A stretch of DNA of 63,518 bases, the filler included. It is 5 parts of 5 records of this genome, joined end to end, with 100 filler letters (N's around TTAATTAATTAA, not from the genome) between each part and the next. Parts side by side here need not be neighbours in the genome. Positions count along the whole stretch, not along the records: positions 28,096 to 35,663 come from DRR723986_8709; positions 35,764 to 45,703 come from DRR723986_8720; 3 more parts are not named here. One strand, written 5' to 3'. The stretch's first letter is position 1, and each line of letters begins with the position of its first letter. The notes below the pieces were generated by a model. That model worked only from the letters and a program-made list of their open reading frames with translations, had not been told where the DNA came from and did no database searches. The position numbers were made by a program, and so were the translations under genes. Of this stretch, positions 29,186 through 39,200 are shown piece after piece.

Positions 29186-29299
29186 GCCCAATGCAACCTA
29201 TGCGAATGCTGCGGTGCAGCGTCGCACTTGCAGCATTATCACCCAATAGATAAGCCAAACCGGTTATACATCCTCCACGAACCAAAGGAGGGATGAAAG

Positions 29300-29527
29300 A
29301 TGATGACCTGGGAAACGCTGATTTCGAACTGGACCGCCGCACAGCAAATGGCCCGCCACCGTTTTCGGTGGCTGGAAGAAGACGCGCTGCGTTTCGTTCA
29401 GAACGACATTGCCAAGTTCGCTGAACATCTCGCAGCCACCCATGACCTGACGCTGGCCGAAGCCCGCGAGGAAGTGGAAAACTGGCTGATGACCGTCGCC
29501 CGCACGCAACTGCGCCAGGCGGCCTGA
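29300..29527 (+). CDS. Small CsbD-like hypothetical protein
   Basis: Strong RBS AGGAGG; W...NW......RF..L..D pattern with LTLAEAREEVENW. Confidence 0.7.
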   Translation: MMTWETLISNWTAAQQMARHRFRWLEEDALRFVQNDIAKFAEHLAATHDLTLAEAREEVENWLMTVARTQLRQAA

Positions 29528-30151
29528 TCATCCCAGGCAGGTCACCCAGAGGATCGTTGCATCCTCGGCGCTGACCGAGATCACGTTATGCCCCATGGTG
29601 GCGTCGTAATAGGCGCTGTCGCCCCTGCGCATGTTCACCGGGGCATAGAATTCCGTGATCAGCTGGATCTCGCCAGTCAGCACATAGAGGAATTCCTCGC
29701 CCTCGTGGCGAACCCACCCGTCGAATTCCTCGAATGACCGGGCGCGGATGCGGGCGCGATAGGGCAGCATGGCTTTCTGGGTCAACTGGGGCGCCAGCAT
29801 TTCATGTTCATAGGTCGCGGTCGGGTGCGGCTCTCCCGCGCCGGTCTGGGTGACAGCAAGACGCCCATTGACCTTGGGGTTCACCGTTGGCGTGAACAGC
29901 TGCGGCACCGAGATATCCAGCCCGTCCGCCAGCTTTTTCAGCGCGTCATAGGTGGGCGACATCTGCCCGTTCTCGATCTTGGACAGCGTGGATCGCGCCA
30001 GCCCGGCCTTTTGCGCCGCCTGTTCCAGCGTCCATTCCCGCTGCTTGCGCAGTTCCCGCACACGAATGGCCAGGTCCACCGGTTGCGGTCGGTCCTGCGT
30101 ACCGCTTTCGCGGGCAAGGCGGATCAGGCTGGGTTCATCTGAAAAATCCAT
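29528..30151 (-). CDS. XRE-family HTH regulator with cupin domain
   Basis: WTLEQAAQKAGLARSTLSKIENGQMSPT; HEGEEFLYVL.G, GDSAYYDA..GH. Confidence 0.9.
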   Translation of the reverse strand: MDFSDEPSLIRLARESGTQDRPQPVDLAIRVRELRKQREWTLEQAAQKAGLARSTLSKIENGQMSPTYDALKKLADGLDISVPQLFTPTVNPKVNGRLAVTQTGAGEPHPTATYEHEMLAPQLTQKAMLPYRARIRARSFEEFDGWVRHEGEEFLYVLTGEIQLITEFYAPVNMRRGDSAYYDATMGHNVISVSAEDATILWVTCLG

Positions 30152-30215
30152 ATGGGCGATGTAGCCCGCGCCACGGGGTCTTGCAACTGTCCCGCGCCTT
30201 GCCTACCCCGGTTTC

Positions 30216-31697
30216 ATGTCCCTGCAAGCGCCCTGCCCCACGCCCTTCAACCTCGCCGCCCATGTTCTGGCGCAGGCGCAGAACCTGCCCGACAAGATCG
30301 CGCTGGCGGTGCTGTCGCCGTTCCGGTCGGACCGTTGGAGCTTTTCCCGGCTGGAAGACCGTGTGTTGCGGATGGCCAGTGGGTTGCTGGCGCAGGGCCT
30401 TTCCCCCGGCGACCGGGTGCTTCTGCGGCTTGGCAATCGGCCCGATTTTCCCGTCGCCTATCTGGCGGCGATTGCCGTGGGGCTGGTGCCGGTGCCCACC
30501 TCTGCGCAACTGACCGGGCCGGAGATATCCCGCCTTGCGCCCGAGATCGCGCCGAAGCTGATCCTTGCGCATGACGGCATCGCTTTGCCCGATCCCCTGC
30601 CCTGCCCGGTGGTGACTGATCTGGATGCGTTGGCCGGTCATGACCGTGCCGCCTATCAAATGGGTGATCCTGACCGGCTGGCCTATGTGGTCTATACATC
30701 CGGCACCTCTGGCCGCCCGCGCGCCGTGGCCCATGCGCATCGTGCCATCTGGGCGCGGCGGATGATGCATGACGGCTGGTATGGGCTGAGCGAGGCCGAT
30801 CGGCTGCTGCATGCAGGCGCCTTCAACTGGACCTTCACCCTTGGCACCGGGTTGCTGGACCCGTGGTCGGTTGGGGCAACGGCGCTGATCCCGGCGGAGG
30901 GCACCGAGCCCGCCATGCTGCCGCTTTTGCTCAAACGCCATGACGCGACGATCTTTGCAGCTGCGCCGGGCGTCTATCGCCAGATGCTCCGCGCGCCCAT
31001 GCCGATGATGCCGAAACTGCGCCACGGGCTGAGCGCCGGGGAAAAGCTGCCCGAACCGATCCGGGATGCCTGGCGCGACGCCACAGGCACCACGATCCAC
31101 GAAGCGCTTGGCATGTCGGAATGTTCCACCTTCATTTCCGGCAGCCCCGACCGACCGGCCCCGCCCCATACGCTCGGCTTTGCGCAACCGGGCCGACGCG
31201 TGGGCATTCTGGATGAAACCGGCGCAGAGCTTGCACCGGGGGAAACAGGCACCCTTGCCATTCATCGCAGTGATCCTGGGCTTATGCTGGGGTATCTGGG
31301 GGATGATGGCTTTGACCTGCCGCTGACCGGTGAATGGTTTGTAACCGGTGACATGGTCCATGCCGCGCCCGACGGGTCGCTGGTCTATCACGGGCGCGCC
31401 GATGACATGCTGAACGCGGGCGGCTTTCGCGTGTCCCCGCAAGAGATCGAGCGCGCTTTCGCGCCGATTGTGGGGGATTGCGCCGCTGTCTCGGTGGAAA
31501 TCCGCGAAGATACGCATATCATCTGTCTGGCGCATGTCAGCGATCTGTCAGACCCCGACCTGCGCCAACACGCACAAACCTGCCTTGCGCGCTACAAGCA
31601 GCCTCGGCTCTATGCCCGTATCAATGCGCTGCCTCGTGGCGCCAATGGAAAACTCAACCGCAAGGCGCTGGCCGCTGCCATCAGGGACATGCAATGA
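30216..31697 (+). CDS. AMP-binding enzyme (acyl-CoA synthetase family)
   Basis: YTSGTSGRPR, GMSE, TGD, GRADD, NGKLNR. Confidence 0.92.
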   Translation: MSLQAPCPTPFNLAAHVLAQAQNLPDKIALAVLSPFRSDRWSFSRLEDRVLRMASGLLAQGLSPGDRVLLRLGNRPDFPVAYLAAIAVGLVPVPTSAQLTGPEISRLAPEIAPKLILAHDGIALPDPLPCPVVTDLDALAGHDRAAYQMGDPDRLAYVVYTSGTSGRPRAVAHAHRAIWARRMMHDGWYGLSEADRLLHAGAFNWTFTLGTGLLDPWSVGATALIPAEGTEPAMLPLLLKRHDATIFAAAPGVYRQMLRAPMPMMPKLRHGLSAGEKLPEPIRDAWRDATGTTIHEALGMSECSTFISGSPDRPAPPHTLGFAQPGRRVGILDETGAELAPGETGTLAIHRSDPGLMLGYLGDDGFDLPLTGEWFVTGDMVHAAPDGSLVYHGRADDMLNAGGFRVSPQEIERAFAPIVGDCAAVSVEIREDTHIICLAHVSDLSDPDLRQHAQTCLARYKQPRLYARINALPRGANGKLNRKALAAAIRDMQ

Positions 31698-32338
31698 TCA
31701 AGCTCGACATCCTATCCGACCCGATCTGCCCCTGGTGCTATATCGGCAAAGCTTATCTCGACCGCGCGCTGGAGGCCGCTGGCGATCACCCGTTCGCCAT
31801 CGAATGGCACCCGTTCCAGCTGAACCCCGAGATGCCCGCAGGTGGGATGGACCGGCGCGCTTATCTGGAGGCCAAGTTTGGCGGTAAGGAAGGCGCGGTG
31901 CGCGCCTATGCGCCGGTGGTAGAGAACGCGGAAAAGGCGGGCCTGAAGATCAATTTTGAAGGCATCGCGCGCACGCCCAATACGCTTGACGCACATCGGC
32001 TGATTCACTGGGCCGGGATCGAGCAGCGCCAGACGCCTGTGGTGTCGGCAATATTCAAAGCCTATTTCGTCGATGGCCGCGATATCGGCGACAAGGCGGT
32101 TCTGGCCGAGATCGCCGGGGAATGCGGGCTGGATGCCGCGATGATGGCCACGCTTCTGGAAGGCGAGGCCGATGCCGACGACATCCGCGCCCGCGACACC
32201 CATGCCCGCGAACGTGGGGTTACGGGCGTGCCCACTTTCGTCATTGCCAACCAACACGTTCTGACCGGCGCGCAGCCGCCGGAGTTGTGGGGCAAGGTGA
32301 TCGAGGATATCCGCGGCCTGATGAAAGAGGGTGAATGA
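31694..32338 (+). CDS. DsbA/FrnE-family oxidoreductase
   Basis: SDPICPWCYIG, PFQLNP, NTLDAHRL, GVPTF, GAQP; ATGA overlap with upstream gene. Confidence 0.92.
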   Translation: MIKLDILSDPICPWCYIGKAYLDRALEAAGDHPFAIEWHPFQLNPEMPAGGMDRRAYLEAKFGGKEGAVRAYAPVVENAEKAGLKINFEGIARTPNTLDAHRLIHWAGIEQRQTPVVSAIFKAYFVDGRDIGDKAVLAEIAGECGLDAAMMATLLEGEADADDIRARDTHARERGVTGVPTFVIANQHVLTGAQPPELWGKVIEDIRGLMKEGE

Positions 32339-32892
32339 GCCAAGGGATCATCCTGGGTTTGTCGGCCTCAGCTGTCTGGACGGTATTGCTGGCCGTCTCC
32401 GACAGACGCCCCGGACAGGGTCCATGGCCCCCCCGGCGCGGCAACCTTTTATCGGCCGCTTGGGCCTGGGGACTGACGACGCTGATCTATGTCGGTCTGG
32501 TTCAGACCTGGGGGCAGAGCCCGGTTTTGCCTGCTGGCCTGCGTTATGGTCTGGGTCTGCCGCTGGCCGTTATTGGCAGCGTTCTGCACACATGGGCGAC
32601 GGCAACACTCGGCCTCAAGGGAACCAGCGGGTGGGATGTGGGGCTGGCCACCAAAGGCCCCTATTCGCTGTGCCGCCACCCGCAATATCTGGGGCAGATC
32701 GTCAGCATCGGGGGGCTGGCGCTGATCATCGGATCGCCCGAGGCCCTGACCCTCGGGGTTGCCGCCTGCGTCATGCTGATATACGGATCAGGGGTCGAGG
32801 ATCGCGCCATTCGCTCGCGCCACCCTGACGCCTTTGCGGCTCATTCCGCCAACACCCCGTTCCTTTTGCCGAGATTTTCGAGCCGTTCATGA
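32335..32892 (+). CDS. Isoprenylcysteine carboxyl/phospholipid methyltransferase family membrane protein
   Basis: LATKGPYSLCRHPQYLG, ED..I, TPFL; overlaps both neighbours by ATGA. Confidence 0.8.
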   Translation: MSQGIILGLSASAVWTVLLAVSDRRPGQGPWPPRRGNLLSAAWAWGLTTLIYVGLVQTWGQSPVLPAGLRYGLGLPLAVIGSVLHTWATATLGLKGTSGWDVGLATKGPYSLCRHPQYLGQIVSIGGLALIIGSPEALTLGVAACVMLIYGSGVEDRAIRSRHPDAFAAHSANTPFLLPRFSSRS

Positions 32893-34100
32893 CCGATTCC
32901 AGCACCCGCCGCCTGAGCCAGGGCGAGTTCATCGCCCTTATGGGGATGATGTTCGCAACCATCGCCTTTTCCATCGACTCGATGCTGCCCGCCCTGCCCG
33001 AGATCGCGCAGGAACTGACGCCAGATGCCACCAATCTGGCGCAGCTTGTGTTGACCTCCTTCGTGTTCGGCATGGGGGCTGGAACGCTGGTGACCGGGCC
33101 ATTGTCGGATGCGTTCGGACGCAAGGTGGTGATCTATTGGGGCGCGGCACTGTACGTGATCGGGGCCGTCATGGCCTATTTCGCGCCAACGCTGGAACTG
33201 GTGCTGGCCGCGCGCGCCATTCAGGGGCTGGGTGCGGCAGGCCCGCGCATCGCCTCGATGGCGCTTGTGCGTGATCTCTATTCCGGCCGCCAGATGGCGC
33301 GGATCATGTCTTTTGCGATGCTTGTCTTCATGATCTTCCCCGCTGTGGCTCCGATGATCGGCGCGGGCATCATTGCCCTGGCTGGCTGGCGGTCGATTTT
33401 CCTCGCCTTCGTGCTGTTTTCTGCGGTGTCCATCGGGTGGATCGGCATCCGCCAGCCCGAAACCCTGCCGCCCGCAAAGCGCCGCCCGCTGAAGGCCGCG
33501 ACGCTTTGGGCAGGAATGAAAGAGGTTCTGGGCCATCGTCAGGTAATGCTGTCGACGCTGATCCAGATCATGATCTTTGGCGTGCTCTTCGCCACGATCA
33601 GCAGCGTCCAGCAGGTGTTTGACATCACCTATGGGCGCGGTGAGCATTTCCATTTCTGGTTTGCGGGTATTGCCGTGTTTGCCGCCCTGCCCCCGCTGGT
33701 GAATGCGTCACTGGTTGTGCGTCTGGGGATGCGGCCCTTGGTACGGCGGGCGCTGATGGGGCAGATCGTGGTGTCCATCCTCGCCGGGCTGGTCTTCCTG
33801 ACCATGGGAACCGATGCACCCTGGACCTTCTGGGTATTCCTGGTCTGGACCGCGGGCCAATTCGCCGCCACCGGTTTCACCATTGGCAATCTCAACGCAC
33901 TGGCGCTGGAGCCCATGGGCCACATCGCCGGTATGACCTCTTCCGTCATGGGGGCCGTGGCCACCGTCGGCGGTGCCGTGATCGGTGCCGTGATCGGGCA
34001 GTTGTTCAATGGCACGCCGACACCGCTGGTGCTGTCGGTGCTGATCTGCGCCGCCGCCAGCTTTGCTATCGCGACCAAACTGCCGCGCGAGGGGCGTTAA
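32889..34100 (+). CDS. Bcr/CflA-family multidrug MFS transporter
   Basis: IDSMLPALP, GPLSDAFGRK, RDLYSG, PETL; about 12 TM helices. Confidence 0.92.
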   Translation: MTDSSTRRLSQGEFIALMGMMFATIAFSIDSMLPALPEIAQELTPDATNLAQLVLTSFVFGMGAGTLVTGPLSDAFGRKVVIYWGAALYVIGAVMAYFAPTLELVLAARAIQGLGAAGPRIASMALVRDLYSGRQMARIMSFAMLVFMIFPAVAPMIGAGIIALAGWRSIFLAFVLFSAVSIGWIGIRQPETLPPAKRRPLKAATLWAGMKEVLGHRQVMLSTLIQIMIFGVLFATISSVQQVFDITYGRGEHFHFWFAGIAVFAALPPLVNASLVVRLGMRPLVRRALMGQIVVSILAGLVFLTMGTDAPWTFWVFLVWTAGQFAATGFTIGNLNALALEPMGHIAGMTSSVMGAVATVGGAVIGAVIGQLFNGTPTPLVLSVLICAAASFAIATKLPREGR

Positions 34101-35662
34101 CCCTTCTTCGCGGCAATCACCTTCTCGGCAAGATCACGGGCAATGGCGAAGGCCCCCTTGATCTTGTCGCTGTCCTTGGCCCAGTCACGGCGCACCACGA
34201 TCTTGGTGTCACGCACCTTGGCCAGCCCATTCTGTGCCTGCACAAACTCCACCAGCCCCGCGGGGTTGGCGAACTTGTCGTTGTGAAATTGGATCGTTGC
34301 GCCCTTCGGCCCGCCATCGAGCTTGGCAATCCCCGCCCGCTTGCACATCGCCTTGATGCGCACCACCAGCAGCAGCGTGTTCACCTCTTTCGGCAGCTTG
34401 CCGAACCGGTCGATCAGTTCGGCGGCAAAGCCCTCCAGCTCCACCTTGGTGTGAAGCTGGGAAAGCCGTCGATAGAGCCCAAGCCGCACGTCCAGATCCG
34501 GCACGTAATCCGCAGGGATCAGGACCGGAACGCCAAGATTGATCTGTGGGGCCCAGGTGCCATCATCATCGGTCAGCGCCTCCATGTTGCCTGACCGGAT
34601 CTTGGCAATCGCCTCTTCCAGCATGGACTGATACAGCTCGAATCCGACCTCTTTCACATGGCCGGACTGTTCCTCGCCCACGATATTGCCGGCCCCGCGA
34701 ATATCGAGATCCTGGCTGGCGATCGTGAACCCGGCACCAAGGCTGTCGAGACTGCCAAGCACGCGCAACCGTTTCTCTGCCGCAGGTGTCAGCTTGGCGC
34801 GCGGTTTCGTTGTCAGATAGGCATAGGCGCGGGTCTTGGCGCGGCCCACACGGCCCCGGATCTGATAAAGCTGCGCGAGCCCATACATATCGGCCCGGTG
34901 GATCACCATCGTGTTCGCGGTCGGAATGTCGATGCCGGATTCAATGATCGTTGTGGCCAGCAGCACGTCATATTTACCGTCGTAAAACGCCACCATCCTG
35001 TCATCAAGCTCACCCGCCGCCATCTGACCATGGGCCACGACAAAGCTGACCTCGGGCACTTGGGTCCGAAGGAAATCCTCAATCTCGGGCAGGTCTTCAA
35101 TGCGCGGCACCACGTAAAAGCTCTGCCCGCCCCGGTAATGTTCACGCAGCAAAGCCTCACGAATGGTAACGGCGTCGAATTCGCTCACATAGGTGCGGAT
35201 CGCCAGCCGGTCGACGGGGGGCGTTCCGATGAGACTGAGGTCGCGCACGCCGGACAGAGACATCTGCAACGTGCGCGGGATGGGCGTGGCGGACAGTGTC
35301 AGCACATGCACCTCGGACCGCATTTCCTTCAGCCGTTCCTTGTGACCGACGCCGAAGCGCTGTTCCTCGTCGATGATCAGCAGCCCGAGGTTCTGGAACC
35401 GGATGTTCTTGGCAAGCAGCGCATGGGTGCCGATGCAGATATCGACGCTGCCGTCAGACAGCCCCTTGCGCGTATCTGTCGCTTGTTTAGCGGGGACAAA
35501 GCGCGACAACTGCCTGACATTGATGGGAAATCCCCGGAACCGATCAGCGAAGGTCTGGGCATGTTGGCGGGCCAGCAGCGTCGTGGGCGCGATCAGCGCC
35601 ACCTGCATTCCGCTTGCCGCCGCGACAAAAGCCGCGCGCATGGCCACCTCGGTCTTGCCGAA
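34097..35662 (-). CDS. mfd: Transcription-repair coupling factor Mfd (5'-truncated at contig end)
   Basis: [50 protein letters not shown]-terminal domain. Confidence 0.96.
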   Translation of the reverse strand, partial: FGKTEVAMRAAFVAAASGMQVALIAPTTLLARQHAQTFADRFRGFPINVRQLSRFVPAKQATDTRKGLSDGSVDICIGTHALLAKNIRFQNLGLLIIDEEQRFGVGHKERLKEMRSEVHVLTLSATPIPRTLQMSLSGVRDLSLIGTPPVDRLAIRTYVSEFDAVTIREALLREHYRGGQSFYVVPRIEDLPEIEDFLRTQVPEVSFVVAHGQMAAGELDDRMVAFYDGKYDVLLATTIIESGIDIPTANTMVIHRADMYGLAQLYQIRGRVGRAKTRAYAYLTTKPRAKLTPAAEKRLRVLGSLDSLGAGFTIASQDLDIRGAGNIVGEEQSGHVKEVGFELYQSMLEEAIAKIRSGNMEALTDDDGTWAPQINLGVPVLIPADYVPDLDVRLGLYRRLSQLHTKVELEGFAAELIDRFGKLPKEVNTLLLVVRIKAMCKRAGIAKLDGGPKGATIQFHNDKFANPAGLVEFVQAQNGLAKVRDTKIVVRRDWAKDSDKIKGAFAIARDLAEKVIAAKKG

Positions 35663-35663
35663 C

Positions 35664-35763
35664 NNNNNNNNNNNNNNNNNNNNNNNNNNNNNNNNNNNNN
35701 NNNNNNNTTAATTAATTAANNNNNNNNNNNNNNNNNNNNNNNNNNNNNNNNNNNNNNNNNNNN
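35664..35763. other. Artificial contig linker
   Basis: N44-TTAATTAATTAA-N44. Confidence 0.99.
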
Positions 35764-36200
35764 CCCGTTTCTCTAATCTCGTATTTCTCAATATTTTTTG
35801 CCGACATTTCTGTGGGTTTTTATCCTGAATTCGAGCTGCATCGCAGGTTGTCTCGTCACTTTTAGCTGAAGTCTCAGAGACTAACATAAAGAAACAGCCA
35901 GCCACCGAGAGTCAGCGAGCGGGGCGCAGCGCTCAGAGATCTGTTCCGATTATGTAATCAGGACGTGCGATCCGCGTGATTGGACGTGCCAAAATGCTTC
36001 CGACTGGGCGAAATAGTGAGTAGATACAGTGCGCCGCTGCCTATATTGTGCCCCCTACCTACCACTAACTTCAACAACCCTTCCACTTTTTTTCTACCTC
36101 GCGGCTATGTACCGGGAGCTACATTGAGATTATCAACAAACGATGTGACGAGTCGAGTCACGCCTGTGCCAAGTCGTATTTCTGCTTTTTTGACCAGTCG

Positions 36201-39200
36201 ATGAGAAGTTTTATGTATTCAATTAGTCGTCAACTGCCTACACTGCTTAGCCTGTTCTGTGGCGCCCTGATTCTGATGCTGTGTTGTGTATCTCCGGCAT
36301 TGAGCCAGCCCACAGTAGTGGATGTTACGCCTGCAACAAATGCGAATGATGTGGCGCGCGATAGCCAGGTGCGCATCGACCTGAACGCTACCCTGCAAGG
36401 CTCGTCAATCGATGATCAGTCGATCCGCATTTTCGGTAGCCAGAGCGGATTCCGCAGCACAAAAGGCACAATTGATGTCGTCGCAGGCACGGATGCGCGT
36501 TTTACACCGGGCGACCTGGATTATTATCCGGGCGAACGTGTTTTTGTCACTGTCACAAATGCGAGTGACAACAGTGCCAATGTTATGGAGCGCCCCTGGA
36601 CCTTCAGTTTTGACGTAGCCGGTGAACCGGCCCAGGCCAAATTCCCAAGCCGGTCTGACTACAATGCTGTGTTAAGTAATTCGCAATGGGGTGCCGTTGG
36701 TGACCTGGATGGCGACGGAGACCTGGATATTTGTCAGGTGCACCAGGATGACGACCAGTTTGCCGTAATGTTAAACAATGGCAGTGCCGCATTCAGCCTT
36801 GACGCGGCCTATGGAGTTGGTAGTTTGCCTGGCGCTTTGGCCCTTGGCGACTTTGATGCCGATGGCGACCTGGATGTAGTTGTGGCCAATGTGATCGAAA
36901 ACGATATCAGTGTACTGTTTAATGCGGGTGATGCTACTTTCAATGGTCGCAGCGACTATGCGACTGGTAGTGTTCCGCAGAAAGCCGAAGTCGCTGATGT
37001 TAACGGCGATGGGCATTTGGATATTATTACGGCTAATCTGAATAGCGATAATGTATCCGTTTTTATTAACAATGGCAGTGGTGTGTTTGCGGCGGCGGTC
37101 AACTATGCCTCGGGCGACGGTTGTATTGCCGTGCGCGCAGGGGATGTTAACAACGATGGGTTTCCAGACCTTGTGACAGTTAACGAAGGTGAAAATAGTC
37201 TGGGCGTATTGCTCAATGCGGGCGATGGAACATTTGGGGCTGTAACAACAACTGCGACCTCAACACCGCAGGAACTCTACCTGGGTGACCTGGATGATGA
37301 TGGTGATCTGGATGTAGCCGTGGCCTTTTTGGATGATGATGAGATTGGAATACTGACAAACAATGGTTCGGGCACGTTTGCGGCCCCGGTAGACATAGCT
37401 GTTGGGTCCCGGCCAAAAAGCCTTACAATGTGTGACCTGGATGGTGACGGTGATCTGGATATTGCGGTGTCCAATCGCAATTTACCCTTTTCAATCTCAG
37501 TGTTAATTAACGATGGCGGTGCATCGTTTACCAAAGATGCCGACCATTCTGCCCTCGGCCCTGAATGTGTGATGCACGGTGATTTTGACGGCGATGGAGA
37601 TATTGACCTGGCGACCGCCAATGAAACTGCTCTGGGGAACCAGCTCTCAATTTTTACGAATACAGATGTTCCGGCAAAATTGGATGTGGCCTCGGTGACG
37701 CCCGCCGCGCCCAACAGTGGGCAGTCCTTTGCGGTGGTGGTCAATTCAGTTCGCAACAATGGCACACTCTCCAATGTAACGACCAATACACAAATCACGG
37801 CCGCTTTCAGCGATGCGGATCTGAGCCTCTCAGGCGGTTCATTGACCGGAACAATCACGGGTAATGCACAAACATTAAACATTGCGATTACGAACGCAAC
37901 ACTTACACCGGTTGCCGTGGCGCTTAGTGTGACTGCTACCTCCGGCATGAGTTTAACATCTACAACTACAACAATTTCGATTGGGGCGAATCAGGCGCCG
38001 AGCATCAGTACGGGGCAAACGGCCGTGGCCACGCAGGAGGATGTAGCGCGGCTGTTAAGTGTTGCGCTTGCCGATGCTGAGTCACCTGTGGCAGCGCTGC
38101 ATGTGACGGCTACCTCGGACAATCAAGCACTGATTCCGGATGCGAATATCACACAGCAAGGTGCGACGTCCGCGACAACTGTGTTTTCTATTCAGCCTGT
38201 GACAAATGCGAATGGCTCAGCAGATATTACGTTGAAGGTTAACGATGGACTACAAACCAGCTCCGTAACGTTTGCCGTCACGGTTAACCCGGTCAATGAT
38301 CCGCCTGTGATCAGCACGACTGAGCTGAGTGTCTGTTTTGACGAGGATGGTTCAACAATTGTGACTGTTTCGATCGGCGATATTGAAACGGCGACGACTG
38401 CCTTGCAGGTTAGCGGCACATCGGCGAATCAAACCTTGATTGCGGATGCGGGCATTGTGCAGCAGGGACCAACCGGCGCAACTGTGACAATGCAAATCAA
38501 CTCAGTACCGAATCAAAATGGTACAACGACTGTTACGCTCTCCGTCTTTGACGGCGGGCTGACCAGAAGTACAACCATTAGCGTGACGGTCAAAGCGGTC
38601 AACGATCCACCTTCGATCAGCACGAGCCAGACCGGTATCTGTTTTGACGAGGATGGATCGACGACTCTGACTGTTAACATCAGCGATATTGAGTCAATCA
38701 CTTCGGCATTGACACTCACGGCAATGTCAGGCAATCAGAGCTTGATCAGCGATGCGGCGCTTGTGCAACAAGGCGGCACAAGCGCAACGAGTTTTCTGCT
38801 TGTGACTTCACAGGCCGATGCGAACGGCACGACGCCGGTAACTGTTTCCGTGAGTGACGGTGAGTTTACGCGTTCGACGGTTTTTAACGTGACGGTCAAG
38901 CCGGTTAATGATCCGCCGACTATCTCGACAATGGCGGATCTGAATTTGCTGTTTAATGCTTCGACGACCAATGGTTTTGTGATCAATGACATTGACAATC
39001 CGACTGCAGCGCTGCAGGTGACTGCAACATCATCGAATCAGGGTCTTTTTGCTGACGGCGGCATTGTTTTCAGTGCAACGGCTGCGAACATGACACTTGA
39101 CGTGGCTCCCGAATGTGATCAGTTTGGAGCAGCACTGATCACCGTGACTGTCTCGGATGGAGTTCTAACAAGTACGGCAGTTTTTAGCGCACAGGTGCAG

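Noticed and set aside
28183-34078. Many long alternative-frame ORFs in contig 2 (e.g. 30135-31535, 32841-33653)
   Set aside because: Shadow ORFs of high-GC genes with no recognisable motifs
34658-35905. ORF-track entries running into X stretches (34658-35719, 35373-35711, 35708-35905)
   Set aside because: Antisense to mfd or non-coding, and ended only by linker stops
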